Shown piece after piece: positions 8,901-18,644 of a stretch of DNA of 64,000 nt. This DNA comes from a virus. Its lineage: Duplodnaviria; Caudoviricetes. The notes beneath the pieces were generated by a model that was given only the letters and a program-made list of their open reading frames with translations, searched no databases and had not been told where the DNA came from. The translations under genes and the position numbers were made by a program. Within the stretch, counting starts at the first letter, position 1; every line of letters begins with the position of its first letter. The DNA is taken from positions 1 to 64,000 of IMG/VR virus record IMGVR_UViG_3300028833_000119; one strand, given 5' to 3'.

Positions 8901-9134
8901 TCACGATAAACCCTCCATCCTGCGATAAGCAGATACTTTTCTGTCATTTAAGAATTCAGCGTATGATATTTCTTTGCATGCCAGGATCATGGCAGTATGT
9001 TTTACACCAGGCATTGCTTTCGCCATATCCATTGCAGTTACAGCATCCTTTGCGATAAAAGAAAAAGAAATGGGCTGGTATCTGCCATGCCCAAAGTGAC
9101 CATGTTTGCAAGTTACACGAAAATACCGCATCAT
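8901..9134 (-). CDS. Hypothetical protein
   Basis: VTCKHGHFG motif; operon-packed. Confidence 0.6.
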   Translation of the reverse strand: MMRYFRVTCKHGHFGHGRYQPISFSFIAKDAVTAMDMAKAMPGVKHTAMILACKEISYAEFLNDRKVSAYRRMEGLS

Positions 9135-9556
9135 ATGATCACCACCGGAAGATCTGGTTTCTTTTTCTTTGGCTCTTCTTTAGCATATCTTTTGTCACCA
9201 TCCATCAGCACCGGGTTTTCGATCTTTTTCTTCGACGGTTTATTTACACGCTTCCGCTTAATTTTTGTCTTTGGCCTATATCCATTTTGAAAAGAAACGG
9301 CCAGACGATAATATCGTTCATTGATCGTTTCAAGGCTGGAGGCATACTTTTTTGATTCTGCAAGATCATTTCCAAGCTTCTCACACCTGGCGCGAAGTGT
9401 TTGAATTTCAGCATCAAGCGCACGAATCATCATGGCTACTTCCTTCATTTTGCATGTATCTGTCGTGCCGCGACAATCCGCAGTATACGGACATTTGCCG
9501 TTCTTACAGGTTGCGGACGCGCTTGCAAATTTCATTGCTACATCAAGATGATCCAT
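9131..9556 (-). CDS. Hypothetical coiled-coil protein
   Basis: Cys-rich N-terminus, coiled coil, Lys-rich tail. Confidence 0.6.
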   Translation of the reverse strand: MDHLDVAMKFASASATCKNGKCPYTADCRGTTDTCKMKEVAMMIRALDAEIQTLRARCEKLGNDLAESKKYASSLETINERYYRLAVSFQNGYRPKTKIKRKRVNKPSKKKIENPVLMDGDKRYAKEEPKKKKPDLPVVII

Positions 9557-9839
9557 TCTTTTTCACCCGCCCTTCGGCAAGACGCTTTGCAGCAGTTGCA
9601 CGTTGCTCATCAGATACAATACGTTTCGGTGTAATCCTGACACAGGAACGATCCACTTCTGCAAAAAGTGCATCCCCAAGATCGCGTTTAATTCTGACAC
9701 AATCTGGTCTGGACTTAGCCTGATTTCGTAGCTTTTTCAACATAGAAGGGATGCTTGTATACACTTCTGCGGTTTTACTTACCTGTGCCGCCGGTATGTT
9801 AATAATGGTTTCCTGTTCTTCATACGGTGTTCTTTTCAA
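9543..9839 (-). CDS. Hypothetical phage protein
   Basis: EQETIIN...AEVYTS pattern; RBS AGAAGGTG. Confidence 0.65.
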   Translation of the reverse strand: MKRTPYEEQETIINIPAAQVSKTAEVYTSIPSMLKKLRNQAKSRPDCVRIKRDLGDALFAEVDRSCVRITPKRIVSDEQRATAAKRLAEGRVKKNGSS

Positions 9840-9877
9840 TTTATCACCTTCTAAATTATATTTTCCCCGCCATTACA

Positions 9878-9908
9878 TATGGGAACATTTTTGTGCTATT
9901 TGTCTACC
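9878..9908 (-). promoter_or_regulatory. Phage-specific promoter motif, copy 1 (GGTAGACA-N17-CCCATA)
   Basis: Same 31-bp geometry as 33332-33362 and 52506-52536; intergenic; points into the downstream operon. Confidence 0.65.
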
Positions 9909-10106
9909 AATTCATTTAAAATAAATAAAAAAAATACCCTGCCAATTTGGACGATGAAATATACGCCCATAATATGGCAGGGTAATAAAACTATTGATAA
10001 TCAATGGAGTGATGCATGGTATCTTACGCGCATGGCGGTCTTTTCAGGACCGCCCAGCAGTAAACGATAAACAGCAAAACAACAAATACAATTTCAGGCC
10101 AGCTCA

Positions 10107-10643
10107 TCAGTCGTCACCCTTTTTGTACGGATCGTCGATCAGCCCCTGTTTTATCAGCCATGCAATGCCTACAGCAACGGCGTCAGATTCATCATCGCAT
10201 GCATATTCCTGTTTTCCGACGAACTGTTCCAACGCTTCGGCAACTTCATTCTTTTCTGCAGAAGCATCATTTGTAATTTTCTTCTTAACAGTAACAGCTT
10301 CTATTTCCTGAAACTGGCGCTGCCCGAATGCCCATGCATACAAATCAGAAACACCGACAACACGATTCAGGATTGATAACACTTTCCCGCTGGCAGACGT
10401 TCCGCTCTTACGGAGAGCTTCTTCACGGACCAGCTCTGCATCCGGATGCGCTGTCAGCAGTCTGCGTAGTTCGGCTGCGATCTCAGACAATACTTCTCCA
10501 TGACATTTTTTCTTTCCGGCATAAGTCTTGTTATTGATATTGCTCAATTCCTACACGGAAACTGTGCGGTCGTCCGGGCTGTATCGAAGAACGGCAAACC
10601 CTGGACGGCGCATGGAAAAATCACAGGCGATGATTTCAGTCAC
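10107..10643 (-). CDS. ruvC: RuvC-like Holliday junction resolvase with in-frame TAG at 10551-10553
   Basis: GTG start coupled to the upstream TGA; MTEIIACDFSMRRPGFAV (first catalytic Asp) then TVSV*ELSN; downstream VREE and DESDAVAVG motifs. Confidence 0.85.
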
Positions 10644-10965
10644 AGGAATCACAACCCTGCTGATTACATGTTACCGTGATATGATCCGAAGAGATCGTAT
10701 TGTCGCCGCATGTTACCGAATACCAGTATTTATTTTCTCGTTCTTCTTTCTCAAGACACATCTTGTGACAATCCGGGCAGTTTGCGTGGTAACGCACACT
10801 GTACGTGTTTGTAAATGTATATGTCGTGCTGATGCACCCGTTGCCCCAGGAAGAATCCTGATAATACTCGTCCGGCGCAGCCCTGAACTTACACCCACAG
10901 TTCGGACATGTAAAAATAACAGATCCGTCTTTTATTTTATTCTTTCCGCTTGAAATGATTTCCAT
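10636..10965 (-). CDS. Zn-ribbon hypothetical protein
   Basis: FTCPNCGC...CPDC. Confidence 0.65.
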   Translation of the reverse strand: MEIISSGKNKIKDGSVIFTCPNCGCKFRAAPDEYYQDSSWGNGCISTTYTFTNTYSVRYHANCPDCHKMCLEKEERENKYWYSVTCGDNTISSDHITVTCNQQGCDSCD

Positions 10966-10968
10966 AAA

Positions 10969-11346
10969 TTATTCACCTGCACTTACTCTTGTCTTTCGAT
11001 CCTCGACATCATATGCAAACATCAGGCGGACAATTGCATGACCGAGATGATCATCCTGTTTGTCGCCAGCAAGGAACGCATAGATATGCTGGATCGCATG
11101 GTTCAGATGTTCAATTGTGTCGATTTTTGTATAGTTCCTTTCGCTGAATGTTTCGCCGTACTTATCAGCGCCATATTTTGCAACCTTGGCAGCATCAAAC
11201 AGTGCGCTGATCGGAAGCAGGTGAAACCCGTATGGTGTATCGGACTGCTTTCCACCATTTTTATTTGTAATAATCGGCGCATCCGGCTCTACGCCAGCGA
11301 TCAATGTTGACGCAATATCTTTACCATTTAAGCATGTCGCGTTCAT
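10969..11346 (-). CDS. dATP/dGTP diphosphohydrolase-like protein (DUF5664)
   Basis: GGKQSD...FHLLP...YGADKYG...NY...HLNHAIQH...HLGHA pattern. Confidence 0.75.
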   Translation of the reverse strand: MNATCLNGKDIASTLIAGVEPDAPIITNKNGGKQSDTPYGFHLLPISALFDAAKVAKYGADKYGETFSERNYTKIDTIEHLNHAIQHIYAFLAGDKQDDHLGHAIVRLMFAYDVEDRKTRVSAGE

Positions 11347-11858
11347 TTGCTTCCTCCTGTCGAACCAAATCCGCCGGTTCGTTTGCCTGCGATCGGTTCG
11401 TCGTTTTCAACTGTGCCATACTTCACGATGATTCCCTGCATAAACCTGTCGCCGGTACCAAGCCTGAACATTTCGTCTGTTGTAATCTTTGCGGCGATAT
11501 GACCTTCATTATCGGAATAGTAATAGTCTTCATCAATGATACCGACACTGTTTCTCAGTTTCATTCCATATTTAAAACCGAGGCCTGACCTCGGTACGCA
11601 CATCAGGAACGTTCCCGGGTCCAGCCTGACGCGAATCCCCGTCGGGATCATCACAGGGATGATGGACGTGAACGCGACAGGAAAAGGCAGGAAGAAATCA
11701 TACCCGGCAGAACCAGGCGTAGCACGGCGTGGCAGCTGGATTGCGTCATAATATCTGTGAATCTCGTCGTTGCCGGAAAAGCACATTTCGCCGCTCGATT
11801 CAAGTTTATTGCATGCGTTTTTGAATTCTTCAAAAGAGACTTTTTGAAACTCAGCCAT
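11343..11858 (-). CDS. dut: Trimeric dUTPase
   Basis: ATPGSAGYDF, PRSGLG, GIIDEDY and RTGGFGSTG motifs. Confidence 0.95.
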   Translation of the reverse strand: MAEFQKVSFEEFKNACNKLESSGEMCFSGNDEIHRYYDAIQLPRRATPGSAGYDFFLPFPVAFTSIIPVMIPTGIRVRLDPGTFLMCVPRSGLGFKYGMKLRNSVGIIDEDYYYSDNEGHIAAKITTDEMFRLGTGDRFMQGIIVKYGTVENDEPIAGKRTGGFGSTGGSK

Positions 11859-12060
11859 TGTTGTCCTCCGTTGTTTCCCATGCTTTCATATCGTTATTCC
11901 AGATTTGTTTTGTGCCATATTCATCTTCGCGGATAATCGTCATACAGCCATACTGCTGGAGGTTTTTGAAATCAGACGCAAAGATAAACGCATCATTTTC
12001 ATGTTTTGTTTTACGGATGGGTTTCATATTCCCTTCGCCGTAGATAAAGTACTTAATCAT
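11851..12060 (-). CDS. Hypothetical protein
   Basis: Operon-packed ORF. Confidence 0.55.
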   Translation of the reverse strand: MIKYFIYGEGNMKPIRKTKHENDAFIFASDFKNLQQYGCMTIIREDEYGTKQIWNNDMKAWETTEDNNG

Positions 12061-12436
12061 GTTTTGACCTTTCTGTTTTTTTAATATCAACCATTGCCCG
12101 TGCGAGATCGTCAATCAGCTGATGGAGGACACGGTCCGACAGCGTTTCTGTTTCCAGCTTCGAGGACATAAGGGATGTTTTCAGATGAAGCAGCTCGTGA
12201 ACAAGCACTTCCTCGAAATCAAACGGCCGCGAAAGCTCTTCGATCTTTTTCGGGTCAACAATCTGGATCATTGCTGACTTTGTGGACTCCTGCCATGAGG
12301 TGCATCCTACGGTATCTGGGATCGCCATATCCGAAGGATGGCACTCTGTCTGGAGAATGATTGCCCAGTCCTGAAGGCCAAGGCGTTTTGTCCATTCGTT
12401 CAGCAATGACATTTCCTTTGGAACTTTTTTAACCAT
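12053..12436 (-). CDS. Zincin-like metallopeptidase-domain protein
   Basis: EEVLVHELLHL (HExxH). Confidence 0.7.
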   Translation of the reverse strand: MVKKVPKEMSLLNEWTKRLGLQDWAIILQTECHPSDMAIPDTVGCTSWQESTKSAMIQIVDPKKIEELSRPFDFEEVLVHELLHLKTSLMSSKLETETLSDRVLHQLIDDLARAMVDIKKTERSKHD

Positions 12437-12942
12437 TAGCTTATCCTTTCAGCATATTGATTATCGCTTGCAAGGTTTACTCCAAGCACCGGATCAAAAT
12501 GCGGAGTTTGTCCAGGAATATAACGGCCAAACTTAATGATAATATTTTTGAATGCTGAGATCCCGGAGAAAATATCCAAAGTTTCTCCGGGATATGGAAT
12601 TACTTTACTTTGCAGCTCTTCTTTTGTATATCCGGTATAGATCACGATATCGTCATCCGTTGCCCAGCGCAAATCATTGATCAGAAAAATCAAATCAACG
12701 CATGAATCGAATGGTTCAAGGCCACCGAACACAATCGCTTTTGTAATCGGATTGGATATATACCTGCTCACAATCGCTTCATTATCTACCTTGTGCGAAG
12801 GCTGTTTTACAAGCTCGCTGTTCTGGCAAATCTGATGACCGTATTCCTTATCACATTTAAACGAGCATGTCGCTGTAGCGATATACATGGACGGGACCTT
12901 ATAATTAATAAAGTCCTCGTCCGTTATTCCTTTGATTAACAT
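12436..12942 (-). CDS. nrdG: Anaerobic RNR activating enzyme-like radical SAM protein
   Basis: CSFKC...C and IVFGGLEP; directly after nrdD. Confidence 0.8.
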   Translation of the reverse strand: MLIKGITDEDFINYKVPSMYIATATCSFKCDKEYGHQICQNSELVKQPSHKVDNEAIVSRYISNPITKAIVFGGLEPFDSCVDLIFLINDLRWATDDDIVIYTGYTKEELQSKVIPYPGETLDIFSGISAFKNIIIKFGRYIPGQTPHFDPVLGVNLASDNQYAERIS

Positions 12943-14882
12943 TACTGCATAATCCCATCATTCGACAGCACGTTCATCCACCGGCGCTTGTCAAATTCCT
13001 TCTTTCGAATTTTCTGGTAACTGCTGGTCGGCGTATAAAACCCAACAACACGGGCGTAAGTGTCAGCGATCGGCTTGCCGCAGACCGGGCATTTCGGCTC
13101 ACTGATAAACGCATGTTTATCCTCGCACACGCTGATCTTTGTTGTGAATGCGAAATAGATCACACCCTGGGATGCAACATAGTTCAGCATCTCCCATGCG
13201 GTTTCTTCGTTCGCAAAGCGATTCTCAATATTGATATGGGCAATACAGCCACCGCCACACTTCTTATCGAACAAAGATCCCAGGCGGCACTTCTCCTGGA
13301 TCGTACATTTTTCCATGAGCGGAATCCACTGGTTTGAATAAATCCAGTACTTGTGCTGTTCAAACAGAAGATTGTCGGCCTGACAGATAACACCGGCGCA
13401 GTTCTCGGCTGGAATCATTTCGATATTGAAAGTGAAGTCACATTCAAAATGATCCTTAACGTCGTTCATAGTATCCAGAATCTGTGTAGCGAATTCAACA
13501 GCTTCCTCTGAATAGAATTTGCAGCCAAGCTCATCAGTTCTTATAAACCCAAACAGGTCCATGACTTCGTACATACCGATACCGCCGATAGTACAGAACT
13601 GTTTGTCCAATTCGACCGCGCCGTCCTGATAGTTCGGGAGCAACCCCTTTTCAATATTACGCTGCAGAACATGGCGCATGGATGCAAGCGCCTTGCAATC
13701 AAGAAGCACACGTTGACGCAGGATTTTCAGGTATTTCCTTTTGTCGAAAAGTCCTTCTTCGTCTTTGGACTCATAGGCAATACGCACAAGGTTTATCGTG
13801 CTGACCCTGCAGGATCCAACAGACAATGCCGTGCCGCCGATGGAGTTAATGAATGCATCCAACTTGGAAGTATCAGACAGCAGCCGGCAGCAGTTAGAAA
13901 GGACGCCGACATTATCGCTGACAAAGAAGTTGGAGTCGCTCCACTTCATATTGTGTGCGGAACACCAACGGGCGAATGGCTCGTCCTGGAATTTGCCGTC
14001 CTTATAAAGCAGGGAATAAGTTAATACAGGATACGTAAACATGTTGATCTCGCGTGTCTCGCTGACCACTTCCATGAAAACCTTCTGTGCTTCAATCAGG
14101 TCTTCAACATGTTCAATTGCCAGCGTACCGTCCGGGAACTCAACGCCGCCGAAAATTGCCTCAATATACGGGCGGTCAAAGATCGACACATTGGTAAACG
14201 CGGACTGGTCGATCCGCAGGAACGGCTGATTGAGCCTGAAGATAAACTTCTGGAACTGCTGGCGGAGATAATAATCAGGATCTTTCATATAGTATCCGCC
14301 TTCGACATCCTTCTTCCAGAAATACCATGCCCAGATCAGAACGTTCGGCATACCAACCGCGCCGGACTGCCGGTTGGACAGGAACGAAACAAATTCGATC
14401 ACATCATCGAAGTATGTGGTCAGATGTTTCGGAGCCTCATTGTTATAGTTTTGCAAAAAGAAAAGGCCCTCGGTTGCGAGCCTTGTGAAGTCGTTAGCCC
14501 AGCAGTACGGGAAGTAACTCGCCGTCGTGCTGTCGTTGAGATAGAACCCACGGCTGAACTCCTGCTCCAGCCATTGCTTTGCCGTTCGCAATCCCCACAT
14601 CTTCTTGATCTCCATGAAGATCTTGTTCAGCCCGAACAGCTTGTCCTCGGACTTACCCTTCTCGGTCATGAAGCTTCGGATGTCGCGGGTGTTTGCGTTT
14701 GCATTCGGGTCAATACTTGCATCAGCCAGCGTATCATGACCCACGAAGTTATTGATAAACTCGGAGAAGTCCAGCTGGCTGGGATGAAGACCATTAATAT
14801 ACTCGAAGTCTTCACCGTATTTTTGTTTCAGTTCTTCTAGAAAACGCTCGAAGTCTTTGGATAATTTCAACTGAATATCCAT
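12942..14882 (-). CDS. nrdD: Class III anaerobic ribonucleoside-triphosphate reductase
   Basis: LSNCCRL, MIPAEN, C-terminal CxxxH...CPVCG and glycyl-radical motif YARVVGFY. Confidence 0.93.
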   Translation of the reverse strand: MDIQLKLSKDFERFLEELKQKYGEDFEYINGLHPSQLDFSEFINNFVGHDTLADASIDPNANANTRDIRSFMTEKGKSEDKLFGLNKIFMEIKKMWGLRTAKQWLEQEFSRGFYLNDSTTASYFPYCWANDFTRLATEGLFFLQNYNNEAPKHLTTYFDDVIEFVSFLSNRQSGAVGMPNVLIWAWYFWKKDVEGGYYMKDPDYYLRQQFQKFIFRLNQPFLRIDQSAFTNVSIFDRPYIEAIFGGVEFPDGTLAIEHVEDLIEAQKVFMEVVSETREINMFTYPVLTYSLLYKDGKFQDEPFARWCSAHNMKWSDSNFFVSDNVGVLSNCCRLLSDTSKLDAFINSIGGTALSVGSCRVSTINLVRIAYESKDEEGLFDKRKYLKILRQRVLLDCKALASMRHVLQRNIEKGLLPNYQDGAVELDKQFCTIGGIGMYEVMDLFGFIRTDELGCKFYSEEAVEFATQILDTMNDVKDHFECDFTFNIEMIPAENCAGVICQADNLLFEQHKYWIYSNQWIPLMEKCTIQEKCRLGSLFDKKCGGGCIAHINIENRFANEETAWEMLNYVASQGVIYFAFTTKISVCEDKHAFISEPKCPVCGKPIADTYARVVGFYTPTSSYQKIRKKEFDKRRWMNVLSNDGIMQ

Positions 14883-14888
14883 ACGCCA

Positions 14889-15089
14889 TTACCTTTCATT
14901 TACATATTTGATTGCTTCAGGGAATTCCATCAGTCTGCCATCAACGGACATGATCGGCACGGACAATATACCCATGCGCTGCATTTCGTCCTCGTCGTTA
15001 AACTCTTCGTAGGCGATTCCCTTGTCATCAAGTTTCTTTTTCAGAATCTTGCATTTCGGACATGTACTTGTTGTATAAATTGTAATCAT
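14889..15089 (-). CDS. nrdH: Glutaredoxin/NrdH-like redoxin
   Basis: IYTTSTCPKC...SVPIM. Confidence 0.85.
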   Translation of the reverse strand: MITIYTTSTCPKCKILKKKLDDKGIAYEEFNDEDEMQRMGILSVPIMSVDGRLMEFPEAIKYVNER

Positions 15090-15751
15090 TTCTTTTCCTC
15101 TTCTTCCGGAAGGAATCCTGGCAACACTTTGTCAACCTCGATCTTCAGCAAACGCATGCACTCTCTCATTTCCGGATATGCAGCTTTTGCACTCCTCAAT
15201 TCATAAATATGCAAAAGCTCGCGGAGGTTTACCTTCATCACGATTCTGGTCATTGTCGAGTTCGGCAGAACCTTACGCGCATCCTCGTTGCGAAGGCCGA
15301 TCGCTCGCATACTTTTATAAGAGCTTTCAATATTTTCCATCTGATCCTGCCAGATCATCGACGAATAAAAAATCGGATCTTCATATGGCCGATCCGGATT
15401 ATCAGGCTCATCTTTATAGAACAGTGGCTTGATAAATTCAATATCTCCGGTCTTTGACTCATCAACATACCGTTGTGACCTGATCGCGAAACTCGCAAGG
15501 CGATGCCGGGTGATCTCAGCCATCACATCCCTGGACGTTACAATCTCCAACGTGATATGTCCAAACTCAAGAGGTGATTCATGACCACGTTTGCGCAGAT
15601 TCTCAATAAACTGTTTGTATGAATCGTCTGTCATTTTACTGAAGCTGTCCCAACAATTACGTCCTGCGTATTCAATCTGGAACAGCTCGTTTTTTGCCTG
15701 TTCTAAGGTGCTCGGATAAATAACTTTAACACTTTGATCAATAATCTTCAC
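15086..15751 (-). CDS. thyX: Flavin-dependent thymidylate synthase
   Basis: GHESPLEF, EITRHRLASFAIRSQRY and DARKVLP motifs. Confidence 0.95.
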   Translation of the reverse strand: MKIIDQSVKVIYPSTLEQAKNELFQIEYAGRNCWDSFSKMTDDSYKQFIENLRKRGHESPLEFGHITLEIVTSRDVMAEITRHRLASFAIRSQRYVDESKTGDIEFIKPLFYKDEPDNPDRPYEDPIFYSSMIWQDQMENIESSYKSMRAIGLRNEDARKVLPNSTMTRIVMKVNLRELLHIYELRSAKAAYPEMRECMRLLKIEVDKVLPGFLPEEEEKK

Positions 15752-15766
15752 TTCACTTTACCTCAC

Positions 15767-15982
15767 TCAGTCGTTCATGGCGTTGTTGATTGCTTTAATC
15801 AGGGTGCATCCGTCAACAGAAACATGCCCAAGCACACGCCATGTATTGTCAAAAAATTCCTTGATGCTGATGTTCACATTGTGATAACCAGTATCATTTT
15901 TGATAACCAGAACCCTGTTGCCTTCTGTGTTATCCGGGATTTTGAATCCATTTCCATGCAGTATGCATTCAACGTCCATCAT
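15767..15982 (-). CDS. Hypothetical protein
   Basis: Operon-packed ORF. Confidence 0.55.
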   Translation of the reverse strand: MMDVECILHGNGFKIPDNTEGNRVLVIKNDTGYHNVNISIKEFFDNTWRVLGHVSVDGCTLIKAINNAMND

Positions 15983-16323
15983 TGTTCCTCCGGTTCGGTT
16001 TCGTCTTCGTCAAGCTCCAGCAGATCCATCGCGTCATCTTCGGTGGCGTTGGACGGGAACTGCTCCGGGTTCAGCGCAAAGCGTTTCATCAGCGTCAGCG
16101 GCTTGATGCAGGACGCGACAATAGTGCCATCATCAAGCAGCAGGACGGAACGGTAATGGCGTCCGAGCGTGGCGTCAATAAACTGTCCGCGTTCCTTGGC
16201 GCGGTCGATGTAACGCTTTGCCGTCTTTGTTGTCGGGATCATCACGCACAAAACACGGGTTGTCTGTACGAGATGGTTCATGCCGATATGGGCAAACTGT
16301 GCGGTTGCCATAAAAAATATCAC
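15979..16323 (-). CDS. remA: RemA/DUF370-like regulator
   Basis: HIGMNHLV...AKRYIDRAKERGQFIDATLGRHYRSVLLLDDG...KPLTL parallels RemA NIGFGNII...[30 protein letters not shown]...QPETV. Confidence 0.8.
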   Translation of the reverse strand: MIFFMATAQFAHIGMNHLVQTTRVLCVMIPTTKTAKRYIDRAKERGQFIDATLGRHYRSVLLLDDGTIVASCIKPLTLMKRFALNPEQFPSNATEDDAMDLLELDEDETEPEEQ

Positions 16324-16382
16324 TCCTTGTTTTTGAATAGATAATTAAAATTATGAAGAGAAAGGGTGGATTCTCTTCAGAA

Positions 16383-17753
16383 TTATTCGGTTAATTCTTC
16401 CTGCGCTTCCTCGATATCCGGCGCAGTTGCTTCATCTTTTGCAATTCCTTCAAGCACCTTAAAACTAAAGTTTTTATGTTTATACACCGCAAAACTATTA
16501 CGGTTCAAAATCCTCGCTACAACACCTTCTCGGACGTGCGTCTTGCCAATCGGATCAGGTCCGTCAAAAAACTTCTCAACCTCGCGGACAACATATTCGC
16601 CAGGGTCTACGTTGAAAGGGATTACAAACGTCTCAAATTCGAGAACAGTATTTACGCCCATCTGTTCGCAGCGGTATTTGATCTGTGCCGGCGAGTATTC
16701 AATCACATCGCCGTCATCATTGACCATAGTCATGCGGTAAACATATACTTCACAACAAGGAGCAATCTTCACAATAGCGCCGTCGGAACAGTCGCAACAA
16801 TCTTCCCAGTCGTAACCGCCGGATTGTTCACAACCGTACGAGAATGTGGTTACATCGCCATACATCTTGCTAAACTCTTTGTCTTTGATTTTTGAGTTTG
16901 CAACCTGACCCATAATCGGCGCACCATTCGGTCCCTGGAAACCGACAATCTCATAATAAACCGTTTCGCCTTTATGAAGCTTGCCTTCAAACTTCTTGGC
17001 CATGGCATGACGGAAATCGTCTGACTCATAAAAACCACCGGCCTGTCCATTTGCGAGAACAACACGGCGAGTACCTGTGATATAGCCATATTTAAGATGT
17101 TCATGCGGAGGACGGCGGAATAGTTTTTGCAACCAGTTCTGTTTATCCTCGGTAACAAGCGGCAAGTATCCTGTGCGTCCGGATGTACCGTGCATTTTGA
17201 GCGTCAGCTGGACAATATCACCATTACGGAATTTGCCGATATTATATGCAAGCTGTTCTGTCTCGACATGCTCGAAGAACGTCGGCGCAATATTTTTCTT
17301 TGCACGTTTGGGATTGCGCGGACCACCAACGCCATAGTTCGGATTACTGCGTGGAATATATTTTTTACAAATCTCTTCGCCGTTCACAACACTGATTGTA
17401 TCGCCGACCTTCAGGTCAGAAATCGTACAGAAATCAGTTAGGCAAGTAATAGGAAGATACAGGCCATCCGATTTTTCCCCGCGAAGTTTGATTGCCTTAA
17501 TATTACGTTTTTCAGGGTCCATGTATCCGCCGCACTGATTACCGTTTTCATCCTTGCGGCGAACCAGATCATTGACCTGACAAAAACGCTCAGACAGCTG
17601 ACCGTCAACCGGGAAGTAAACACCAATATCTCCTTCGTGTACATTCAAATCAACGATCGTATCATTACCAAAGAATGTTGCAACCTGAAGGCGATCAGCA
17701 TTCGAATGCTTACGAAGCTGAGTAACTTTAACAACGTATGCGTTATAAGACAT
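16383..17753 (-). CDS. RNA ligase (Rnl2/DRB0094-like, N-terminal OB-like domain)
   Basis: LRKHSNADRLQV N-terminus; TLKMHGTS (motif I), YYEIVG, REGVV and YKHKNFSFK. Confidence 0.85.
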   Translation of the reverse strand: MSYNAYVVKVTQLRKHSNADRLQVATFFGNDTIVDLNVHEGDIGVYFPVDGQLSERFCQVNDLVRRKDENGNQCGGYMDPEKRNIKAIKLRGEKSDGLYLPITCLTDFCTISDLKVGDTISVVNGEEICKKYIPRSNPNYGVGGPRNPKRAKKNIAPTFFEHVETEQLAYNIGKFRNGDIVQLTLKMHGTSGRTGYLPLVTEDKQNWLQKLFRRPPHEHLKYGYITGTRRVVLANGQAGGFYESDDFRHAMAKKFEGKLHKGETVYYEIVGFQGPNGAPIMGQVANSKIKDKEFSKMYGDVTTFSYGCEQSGGYDWEDCCDCSDGAIVKIAPCCEVYVYRMTMVNDDGDVIEYSPAQIKYRCEQMGVNTVLEFETFVIPFNVDPGEYVVREVEKFFDGPDPIGKTHVREGVVARILNRNSFAVYKHKNFSFKVLEGIAKDEATAPDIEEAQEELTE

Positions 17754-17841
17754 ATTCTTTTCCCTTTCTTTGCTCGTGGCAAAATAAAAACCATTTTGCC
17801 GACATTAGCAAAATGGTTCATTGAAGTTGTTGAAGTAAACT

Positions 17842-18024
17842 TCAATCAGTTTCTTTTATTTCAAGCGGACAATTGTACGGCCTGACTTCCTGTGCCGTCT
17901 GATAAGGCCAGCCACTGTCACTGACAGAAAGGCCGAGGCAGTATCCGTCATGGCAGAGCGGACAGTTATCATAGCATCCCTCCGGGAGATCGTGCATGGT
18001 TGTGATAACAATCAATTTACTCAT
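17842..18024 (-). CDS. Small Cys-rich hypothetical protein
   Basis: LPEGCYDNCPLC...RPYNCPL. Confidence 0.6.
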   Translation of the reverse strand: MSKLIVITTMHDLPEGCYDNCPLCHDGYCLGLSVSDSGWPYQTAQEVRPYNCPLEIKETD

Positions 18025-18320
18025 TCAATAGCCTCATCTTTCTTTTCACAGCAACACATTTCATGCGCATCAATCCACATTGAAATAATATGCATCACAT
18101 CTCTATGTGCTGCATCCATTCCTATGCTTGAATAATAGTTTTTCAACCATTCGACCGAAATGTATTTTTTATAGTCCGGCTCAACATCTACCTGCGCTTT
18201 CAGCAGTTCCAATATATCTATGACAATATCTTTGCGGACAAAACACCACATATTTTCTCGTCTCGAAGCATCATAGCAATCCTTCAGGTGGTTGATAACT
18301 TTATTTATATCAGGCATCAT
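18021..18320 (-). CDS. xDxEKVI...LLKEQE family protein
   Basis: MPDINKVINHLKDC...LELLKAQ; RBS GGAGGAG. Confidence 0.65.
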   Translation of the reverse strand: MMPDINKVINHLKDCYDASRRENMWCFVRKDIVIDILELLKAQVDVEPDYKKYISVEWLKNYYSSIGMDAAHRDVMHIISMWIDAHEMCCCEKKDEAIE

Positions 18321-18406
18321 TGTTTTCTCCTCCGTTAAATTACCTTGTGCGATGCAATTTAACCATCCATTGTGACACAATAGGTTTTCATTGTTTTGCT
18401 CATGAT

Positions 18407-18643
18407 TTACTCCTCCGGTATTGGATACCCGTACTTCTTTTCAATTTTATCTTCTGTATCCCAAATGATACCGTCTTTATACGTAGTAACTACATATATC
18501 GCCATCTCCCAGATTTCTTCAGGCGATGCGTTAACATATTTTAGCATTTCCTTGTTCTGCCACATGGTTGTAAAGTAATCGAAGTCTTTATTTTCTTCAA
18601 GACATGTTATGGCGTTTTCAATCAGGTGTTCGACGTTGCTCAT
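18407..18643 (-). CDS. Hypothetical protein
   Basis: Operon-packed ORF with RBS. Confidence 0.6.
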   Translation of the reverse strand: MSNVEHLIENAITCLEENKDFDYFTTMWQNKEMLKYVNASPEEIWEMAIYVVTTYKDGIIWDTEDKIEKKYGYPIPEE

Positions 18644-18644
18644 C

